A stretch of 14,265 nt of DNA, taken from an uncultured Bdellovibrio sp. Lineage in GTDB: Bacteria > Bdellovibrionota > Bdellovibrionia > Bdellovibrionales > Bdellovibrionaceae. The position numbers were made by a program, and so were the translations under genes. A model generated the notes under the pieces. That model was not told the origin of the DNA and searched no databases. It saw nothing but the letters and a program-made list of their open reading frames with translations. The stretch covers positions 1 to 14,265 of the forward strand of contig CAWVRN010000049.1 of the NCBI GenBank assembly GCA_963932905.1, in the 5' to 3' direction. Positions 1-6,358 of this stretch are shown one piece after another (the stretch's first letter is position 1; the number at the start of each line of letters is the position of its first letter).

Positions 1-8
1 CGGAATTT

Positions 9-47
9 AAAAAAGCAAAAGTGCCCTCCAGACGCAGGCTGAGGGGC
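9..47 (-). terminator. Probable intrinsic terminator downstream of fxsA
   Basis: Imperfect GC-rich hairpin GCCCTCCAG-N7-CTGAGGGGC (23-47). On the minus strand it is followed by ACTTTTGCTTTTTT, and it starts 6 nt after the fxsA stop. Confidence 0.5.
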
Positions 48-53
48 CAGTTC

Positions 54-575
54 TTAGGATTTAGAATCGGGATCATTAAGCAGCTTGGTGTCCTCAACCT
101 TGCGAAACTGAGCATCAATAACGTTGTCAGAATACTCGTTTTCTTGCTGCCTTTGCGCGGTTTGAAATGGATTTCCACCTTGCGAATAGTAAAACTTAAA
201 ACCATTATTTCCAAACTGGTGAACAAAGCTGTTTGCGCTGAAAACGCGCTTCATCAAGAAATTGGAAAACGCAATCGCCATCAACCAACGGACTGGTGGA
301 ATGATCAATACTACCCCAGCTATTTTTGTGGCCATCGATGGAACTATCAACAACAATCCTGATAAGAATAGCAGTCCACGAGAAATTAATGCGCTATTAG
401 AAGCCGAGGCATGCCCTGTTTGAAACTCCCTTAAAGATTTTGATCCTACGGCACGTACGATTAAAACTCCAAACATGGTGCTAACAACATAAAACAAAAT
501 AAAATTCAGAAATCCGTAAGCCACAACAAAATTGTACACAAGTAAAACTTCGGCAATCAAAATAAGTATCGGCAT
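54..575 (-). CDS. fxsA: FxsA family inner-membrane protein
   Basis: 173 aa. N-terminal 'ILIAEV' and hydrophobic helices, 'GLLLIVP...GVVLIIPPVR' core, and a C-terminal 'VIDAQFRKVED' tail typical of FxsA. AGGA RBS lies just after the xth stop. Confidence 0.8.
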   Translation of the reverse strand: MPILILIAEVLLVYNFVVAYGFLNFILFYVVSTMFGVLIVRAVGSKSLREFQTGHASASNSALISRGLLFLSGLLLIVPSMATKIAGVVLIIPPVRWLMAIAFSNFLMKRVFSANSFVHQFGNNGFKFYYSQGGNPFQTAQRQQENEYSDNVIDAQFRKVEDTKLLNDPDSKS

Positions 576-584
576 AAACGTCCT

Positions 585-1355
585 TTATTTCAGGTCTAAA
601 ACCACACTGACTGGGCAATGATCACTGCCCTCGATTTCGTCATGAACTTGCGCATCTCGCACCAGTGGCGCCAATCCTTTGGTTACACAAATATAATCAA
701 TACGCCAACCGCGATTAGAAATTCGGGCTAGTTCACGGTAGTTCCACCATGAATATTTATCTTTCACATTAGGATGAATAAGTCGGAATGTATCGACAAA
801 TCCAATTTTCAAAAACTCTTCAAACCAAAAACGTTCTTCCGGCAAAAAACCACTTTCTTTCGATAACCTGACGGGATCGTATACGTCGACGTCTTTGTGC
901 GCGACATTGTAGTCACCAACAACAACGATTTCTTTTCCTAACCCATAGGTTTTCGCCAAATGTTTATTAAGCTCTTGCAGAAATTCTTGTTTAAATTGGT
1001 GGCGAACATCACCCGAGCCCCCATTTGGAAAATAGATATTATATAAAACAAATGGACCGAAATCAGTGATGACGGTGCGACCCTCATCTTCGTATTTTTT
1101 AATTTCAAAATTTGTTTTTTCTGTTAACCATTCTCGATTGCTAAACGTAGCAACACCAGAATAACCTTTTCGGATCGCTGACGACCAAAGGGCTTTTTTA
1201 TAACCCAAATTCTTGATAGCGTCGTCCACCTGTTCTAAATGAGCCTTAGTTTCTTGTACGCAAAAAATATCGGGTTTCTCTTGAGCAATAAAATCCTCAA
1301 GACCTTTTTTTGCGCACGCTCTGATACCATTGACATTCCAGCTAACGATTTTCAT
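585..1355 (-). CDS. xth: Exodeoxyribonuclease III / AP endonuclease (Xth/ExoA family)
   Basis: Motifs SWNVNGIR, QETK, GYSGVA, YFPNG, GDYNVAH, YSWW, GWRIDY and SDHCP. Start moved from 1382 to ATG 1355 (MKIVSWNVNG), the usual family N-terminus. Confidence 0.95.
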   Translation of the reverse strand: MKIVSWNVNGIRACAKKGLEDFIAQEKPDIFCVQETKAHLEQVDDAIKNLGYKKALWSSAIRKGYSGVATFSNREWLTEKTNFEIKKYEDEGRTVITDFGPFVLYNIYFPNGGSGDVRHQFKQEFLQELNKHLAKTYGLGKEIVVVGDYNVAHKDVDVYDPVRLSKESGFLPEERFWFEEFLKIGFVDTFRLIHPNVKDKYSWWNYRELARISNRGWRIDYICVTKGLAPLVRDAQVHDEIEGSDHCPVSVVLDLK

Positions 1356-1362
1356 GGTGACG

Positions 1363-1392
1363 ACCATACCCTTTAATTCCATACTAATACAA
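1363..1392 (-). promoter_or_regulatory. Candidate sigma-70 promoter for xth (possibly leaderless)
   Basis: Minus strand reads TTGTAT-N18-TATGGT, followed by 7 nt and then ATG 1355. There is no well-spaced SD before that ATG. Confidence 0.35.
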
Positions 1393-1429
1393 GAATTTAT
1401 CAGCTATTAACCTCAGGATTAGTGCACCG

Positions 1430-2593
1430 ATGTCGACAGATTTGAGCCAAAAGTATAAATCCATACTGAAGAACCAATTTAAAAGTTTAGATGAATCCAC
1501 TTTGGCACCAATGGTGTCAGACAACTTGCTGTGCCCGAATCCTGTAGAATTGCCTAAAGCGCTTATTACCGAGTTTCAAAATACAATTAAAGCATTTTAC
1601 ACGCTTCGCAATGATCCTATGTATATTCACAATTATGAGTCTGAACTGAATCGCCTTCAACTAAAGGATCCCGGAAACAAATCTTTGTTCATGAGCTATG
1701 ATTTCCATTTGTCCTGGGAAGGAAAACCAAAATTAATAGAGATCAATACTAATGCTGCCTTTTTAACTTTGGGCTATTATTTATATCAAGCGCATGGATT
1801 AGATACTGGTCTTGACTTCAAAAATGAAGATTTGAAAGACTTATTTTTGCAAGAATTGAAATTACAAAACAAACAACCTTCTAAACCGCATGTTCTAATC
1901 GTCGATGAAAAGCCGCATGAACAGAAAATGTTTTTAGAATTCTTAATTGTTCAAGAATTGCTGCAATCGTTTGGCTGGCAATGCTCAATTGCCGATGTCG
2001 CCGACTACGCGAAATACAAGGTCGATATCGTGTACAACCGTTACACTGATTTCTATCTAAGCAGCACAGAAGCACAAGCTATGCGACGTGATTTTTTAAA
2101 TCGCACCACATGCTTTTCACCTAACCCATTTGAATACTTTATGTTGGCAGATAAACAGCGCATGATTGATTGGTCATCAGATAGCTTCTGGGAAAGTTTA
2201 AATTTTCCAACAGATCAAGTCGAGCGTATTAGAAATGTATTGCCTAAAACTCTTAGCTTTAAGCCAGAATTAAAAGAAGAGATCTGGTCACAGCGTAAAC
2301 ATCTATTTTTCAAACCAAAAAATTCGTTTGGCTCGAAACAGTCTTACAAAGGCGCATCGGTTTCCAAAAAAGTATTCGAAGAAGTCGCTAATGAACAATT
2401 TTTGGCGCAAGAGTTAATCCCTGCCCCTGAAGTAGCTATGAAAACACCCGATGGCGATCAGAATTTTAAATTCGATTTACGTTGTTATGCTTATCAAGAT
2501 CAGTTGCAATTAGTTATTGCACGGGTTTATCAAGGACAAGTCACTAACCTAAAAACAAAATGGGGCGGTTTTTCGCCGGTAAAATGGGTGTAG
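1430..2593 (+). CDS. Circularly permuted ATP-grasp (glutathione/glutathionylspermidine-synthetase-like) amide ligase, substrate unknown
   Basis: 387 aa. 'YDFHL...PKLIEINTN' (ExN metal motif) lies in the N-terminal third, indicating permuted order. It is followed by 'VYNR', 'FFKPKNSFGSK' (Lys plus Gly loop), 'AQELIP', 'DLRCY', 'ARVY' and 'TNL...GG'. Confidence 0.7.
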   Translation: MSTDLSQKYKSILKNQFKSLDESTLAPMVSDNLLCPNPVELPKALITEFQNTIKAFYTLRNDPMYIHNYESELNRLQLKDPGNKSLFMSYDFHLSWEGKPKLIEINTNAAFLTLGYYLYQAHGLDTGLDFKNEDLKDLFLQELKLQNKQPSKPHVLIVDEKPHEQKMFLEFLIVQELLQSFGWQCSIADVADYAKYKVDIVYNRYTDFYLSSTEAQAMRRDFLNRTTCFSPNPFEYFMLADKQRMIDWSSDSFWESLNFPTDQVERIRNVLPKTLSFKPELKEEIWSQRKHLFFKPKNSFGSKQSYKGASVSKKVFEEVANEQFLAQELIPAPEVAMKTPDGDQNFKFDLRCYAYQDQLQLVIARVYQGQVTNLKTKWGGFSPVKWV

Positions 2594-2594
2594 C

Positions 2595-3533
2595 ATGCAA
2601 GAGCGCGTACTTGAACTAGCATTTGGCCAATGGATTGACATAACAGCACCAACAAAAACCGATGTTCCCGATCTGGCACGACGTTATAATATTCCAGAAA
2701 AAAGTCTTATGACGTGTTTAGATCCTGAACATCTACCTAAACTAGAAAATTTAAATGAATTTTTATTTTTAGTCACTCGCGTTTTTGACAAATCAAACTC
2801 GGCCAAAGGTGATACCATTCAGGAGTTAACAACGAAACTTGCAATCTTTATTGCGAAAGATCGAATAATCACCCTACACAGGGTCGATCATGAATTTATC
2901 GAAAAACTTAGAACAAAGCTGGCTGATACCAAAGGCTGCCTGGATTCTAAAAAATTAATTATTGAACTACTGTCTTCCGCAATCCAAAGTTTTGATATTC
3001 CACTGACCCAGCTTGAAGAACAAGTAACTACCTTCGAACAACTTATATTTAAAAATACGAAACAGCAGCGTATCTTCCAAGAAGGCTTTTTGCTGAAACG
3101 AAAATCTACTGTCTTTCGAAAAGTGTTAAAGTTAGCGAACGACGTGAACAATAAACTTGTGATCAAAGCTGAGTTTCAAAACCAGGATTTTCAAGAAATA
3201 AAAACGTCGATGGAAACAATGTTGTTTTACGCAGAAGAAGTGCAAGAAAATGTCACGAACTTGATTACACTTTATTTATCGATGACGTCGCAAAAAACAA
3301 ACGAAGCTTCATACAAGACAAATGAGATCGTTCGATTGTTAACGGTATTTTCAATTTTCTTTTTACCACTAAATTTCTTAGCCGGTGTTTACGGAATGAA
3401 CTTCGAATACATGCCTGAATTAAAATCGGAACATGGATATTACGCGGTACTCGGAGTTATGGCGTTAATTTCTTTCGGCTTGTTCTCTTGGATGTATCGT
3501 CGCGGCTGGATCAAAGGCCTAGAAGATCTTTAA
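2595..3533 (+). CDS. corA: CorA family Mg2+/Co2+ transporter
   Basis: 312 aa. Two C-terminal TM helices with the 'GVYGMNF..MPEL' signature. Starts 1 nt after the upstream stop. Confidence 0.93.
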   Translation: MQERVLELAFGQWIDITAPTKTDVPDLARRYNIPEKSLMTCLDPEHLPKLENLNEFLFLVTRVFDKSNSAKGDTIQELTTKLAIFIAKDRIITLHRVDHEFIEKLRTKLADTKGCLDSKKLIIELLSSAIQSFDIPLTQLEEQVTTFEQLIFKNTKQQRIFQEGFLLKRKSTVFRKVLKLANDVNNKLVIKAEFQNQDFQEIKTSMETMLFYAEEVQENVTNLITLYLSMTSQKTNEASYKTNEIVRLLTVFSIFFLPLNFLAGVYGMNFEYMPELKSEHGYYAVLGVMALISFGLFSWMYRRGWIKGLEDL

Positions 3534-3606
3534 TCCTTACGGATTTCTAACAATTTTAATCATTTCCTAAAGTGTTTATGTCAAAATAAATACATAGGAT
3601 ACTTGT

Positions 3607-4914
3607 ATGACAATGAGAAGAAGGATCTTCTTAAAAGGCATGGCCGGTGCATTGGCACTAACGTCAATTGCCGCTAAGAAAAAACAAAGTAGGCCAGTAG
3701 AGTTTGATCGAAATCTTGTTTCAGTTTTACTGGGACCGTCTTTCGACGGACAATCAGAATTTTCAATCGTTCACTGCCAGCAAGAGCCCTTGCGCTACCT
3801 GATCTATGAAGACGATCAACTTCTGCAAGATATGACATACAGTACTGTCACTTTTCAAGACGATGATTTCAAGATTGATAAATTTCTTGTACAAAACTTA
3901 CCAATTGATCGAGACCTTAAAATTCGGATTCTATCGAATAGTAAACAACTTGACGAGCGTACCTTTTCTTCCATTTCCTCAAAGCGCCCAACTTACAAAA
4001 TCGGAATTGCGTCTTGCATGAGAGCCGCACAACATGAAAAAGCAATGTGGACCAGCCTTGAAGCGCAAAATGCAGACGTAAATCTATTTGTGGGAGATTG
4101 TGTCTATATAGACTACCACTTGGATGAAGAGCCCACGCCAAGAATTCATTGGGATAAATTTGTAGAAGCACGCATGGTACTTGATTTCTATCAATGGAAA
4201 CGACTAGTTCCAACCATTGCTATTTGGGACGATCATGATTTTGGTGGTAATGATTCGAATTCGAGTTTCCCTTATTCCGCGGAAGCTCGAGCCAATTTCA
4301 AAAATTTCTTTGCGCAAAACTTAAGCGAACAAACGTGCATCACCTCAGGACCAGGAATTTCTTGCAAATTCCAACTAGGAAACCAGTTATTCCTTATGCT
4401 GGACGGCCGTTCATTCCGCGAAAAACCGCATTCCAAAAAAATGTATTCTCTGTTTGGTAAAGAGCAAGAAGAATGGATTTTTGATTCAATTAAAAACTTC
4501 AAAGGCCTAGTGTGGTTTTGCAATGGGACGCAGTGGTTTTCAAACTACGGTTATGCGGAATCCTTCCGCAAACACTTTACGATCAATTTCAATAGCTTTG
4601 TCGAAAAATTAAACTTAGCTGAGGCCCAAATGATTTTTGTCGCTGGAGATGTTCATTATTCAGAAATATGCACCACACCGAACTATCTTAAAAAGAAATC
4701 GATAGAGCTAACGTCAAGCTGCATGCATAGTTCAAATTTTTTTGCGTTGCCTACTGTTGCCAATAGTCCGTACCGAATGTCGGCGACATGGTTAAGAAAT
4801 TTCATGGTTTGCCAAACTACCGAGACTGAAAAAACAATTTCGGTCACGGCGGATTGCTTTACCAAAAACAAACGCCGCCTATTTACCAATAAAATGGATT
4901 TTGACCTGACCTGA
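3607..4914 (+). CDS. phoD: PhoD-family alkaline phosphatase/phosphodiesterase, Tat-exported
   Basis: Twin-arginine signal RRIFLK. Metal-ligand motifs ASC, GDCVY, WDDHDFGGND, LDGR and GDVH. AGGA RBS upstream. Confidence 0.85.
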   Translation: MTMRRRIFLKGMAGALALTSIAAKKKQSRPVEFDRNLVSVLLGPSFDGQSEFSIVHCQQEPLRYLIYEDDQLLQDMTYSTVTFQDDDFKIDKFLVQNLPIDRDLKIRILSNSKQLDERTFSSISSKRPTYKIGIASCMRAAQHEKAMWTSLEAQNADVNLFVGDCVYIDYHLDEEPTPRIHWDKFVEARMVLDFYQWKRLVPTIAIWDDHDFGGNDSNSSFPYSAEARANFKNFFAQNLSEQTCITSGPGISCKFQLGNQLFLMLDGRSFREKPHSKKMYSLFGKEQEEWIFDSIKNFKGLVWFCNGTQWFSNYGYAESFRKHFTINFNSFVEKLNLAEAQMIFVAGDVHYSEICTTPNYLKKKSIELTSSCMHSSNFFALPTVANSPYRMSATWLRNFMVCQTTETEKTISVTADCFTKNKRRLFTNKMDFDLT

Positions 4915-4916
4915 CC
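4902..4916. repeat. (TGACC)3 short tandem repeat containing the phoD stop codon
   Basis: TGACC TGACC TGACC read directly. The TGA stop is 4912-4914. Confidence 0.6.
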
Positions 4917-5032
4917 CTGGATAAAACTGGCATAGCCACAAAATTTATTCAGAAAACAGGAACATACAAAAGAGATGAGAAAACAACCGCAGTAGTACTG
5001 CAAAGCAATTCTAGATTTTATTTCTAAGTCAC

Positions 5033-5063
5033 TAAAGCTCTCACCTTTTTTGTGAGAGCTTTA
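5033..5063. terminator. Perfect 12-bp hairpin between convergent phoD and nuclease genes; probable (bidirectional) terminator
   Basis: TAAAGCTCTCAC-CTTTTTT-GTGAGAGCTTTA, 8 nt beyond the nuclease stop. U-tracts are short (TTTA on each strand). Confidence 0.75.
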
Positions 5064-5071
5064 ATTCCATG

Positions 5072-6145
5072 TTACTTTTTGTTTTCGAATTCTTTGATTA
5101 GGTCAGAAAGTTCTTTAACTTTTTTGCTTTTATATTCTGCAGCACCGCCACCTTTGTAGTGAGCTTGAGCCATGGTATTGATCGTATTAGCTAGGCGTAA
5201 TCCTGCTTTCATGATTTGGGCTTTGATGATTTCAGAAGCCTGTTTCATATATTCTGGTGTCGCTTCCGCTGCACCCGTTGCTTTAACAGTTACAGCAACC
5301 CCTTTTTCGTCCAACACTGGTTTACCGTTAGCATCTTTAGTTAAACGCATGCAGTATTCACGCTGAGATGGGTGCAAATCGGTAGCACCGTCAATATAAA
5401 CCTTAGAATGTAATGCTTGAGATTCTTTGTACCATTCAACCGAAGGAGCCGATGCGATTTCTTTAGTTTTCAAACTTTTCTGATCTTCAATTATAAGATC
5501 AGCTAATTCTTTGTAGCCTTTCCATCCCGGCATTTTATATTTAGGATCTTTTTCTTTCTGAGCGTAGAAAATTTCTTCAACTAGAGCTGAATCCCAGAAA
5601 GAATGCAAGTTAGATGACTTGATTTGAGCTTTTTCGCCTTTGCCAACAGAGTATTTAACATTACACCAGTTAGCACCACGGTCATAGCCATTACCCACAT
5701 GCAATGGCTGATGAACGTCACCAACTAAATGAATAAGATATCGCATTAAATCCATACGTTGGTTTTTTGAAAATTTTGGCGTTGATTTTCCCATGAACAA
5801 TTTCGTCGGAACTCCAGCGATCAAAGAATTGGCGTCGATTTTCTCTCGTAAAGCTACAGGAATTTTGCCGTACGAACCGTCATAACGAGGATCGATTTCA
5901 ACAAAGTGAAAACTTGCAAATTCCTTATAATCTTCATCGGAACGCACTAAATCTGGAAATGTAGCAGCTTCGGCCATTGGTCCATGACCTAAGATCTCTT
6001 CAACCAAACGCTTACCTTTGGGGGTCAAGTTACGTTGAGCGATCTCGCCCACAGTTTGATGACCTAAATCGCCCCAAGCTAAAGCCATTGAGCTAACTAA
6101 CGTCGTTGCCATAACAGACGTAACGATCTTTTTTAAATTATTCAT
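5072..6145 (-). CDS. Secreted S1/P1 family zinc nuclease
   Basis: Sec signal peptide ending ALA, directly followed by mature W1-GDLGH. Motifs FPD, FHF, HLVGDVHQPLH and NLHSFWD. Start moved to ATG 6145, which has a GGAG RBS at 6151-6154. Confidence 0.92.
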   Translation of the reverse strand: MNNLKKIVTSVMATTLVSSMALAWGDLGHQTVGEIAQRNLTPKGKRLVEEILGHGPMAEAATFPDLVRSDEDYKEFASFHFVEIDPRYDGSYGKIPVALREKIDANSLIAGVPTKLFMGKSTPKFSKNQRMDLMRYLIHLVGDVHQPLHVGNGYDRGANWCNVKYSVGKGEKAQIKSSNLHSFWDSALVEEIFYAQKEKDPKYKMPGWKGYKELADLIIEDQKSLKTKEIASAPSVEWYKESQALHSKVYIDGATDLHPSQREYCMRLTKDANGKPVLDEKGVAVTVKATGAAEATPEYMKQASEIIKAQIMKAGLRLANTINTMAQAHYKGGGAAEYKSKKVKELSDLIKEFENKK

Positions 6146-6165
6146 AAATTCTCCAATCACAGCGC

Positions 6166-6194
6166 AAACTAAAGTAAACAGAAATTCATTTCAA
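6166..6194 (-). promoter_or_regulatory. Candidate sigma-70 promoter for the S1/P1 nuclease
   Basis: Minus strand reads TTGAAA-N17-TAGTTT. The predicted TSS near 6159 lies just upstream of the RBS. Confidence 0.4.
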
Positions 6195-6324
6195 CTGTAG
6201 AGAAATAGACAGCACGACAAGAAAAGGCACCGATTGGATAAGTCTGTAGTGAATCAGGTACTTAGATTAAGCACGACGTTCTACTAGTTATTGATCAAAA
6301 ATCATTCACAAATCAAAAAAACCC

Positions 6325-6351
6325 TTAAATTCAAGGAAGTTGATCCGATGT
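6325..6351 (+). promoter_or_regulatory. Candidate sigma-28 (FliA)-like promoter for the SelO-like gene
   Basis: TTAA-N15-TCCGATGT versus consensus TAAA-N15-GCCGATAA. It ends 7 nt before ATG 6359. Confidence 0.35.
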
Positions 6352-6358
6352 ATTAAGC

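Noticed and set aside
21..362. 113-aa plus-strand ORF
   Set aside because: Antisense shadow of fxsA. It starts at the terminator hairpin and has no recognisable motifs.
3543..3596. Possible Pho box or TATGT-N10-ACATA dyad upstream of phoD
   Set aside because: There is no convincing 11-bp-period direct repeat, and the weak matches are expected in AT-rich DNA.
4928..4943. TGGCATAG resembling a sigma-54 -24 box
   Set aside because: There is no TTGC at the -12 position and no downstream gene on that strand.
4683..5003. Cys-rich 106-aa minus-strand ORF
   Set aside because: It has a TTG start without an RBS, lies downstream of the terminator hairpin, and is mostly antisense to phoD. The Cys/Phe richness reflects the A-rich opposite strand.
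6211..6277. AGCACGAC direct repeat (6211-6218, 6270-6277)
   Set aside because: Only two 8-bp copies. It is not a CRISPR or iteron array and has no supporting context.
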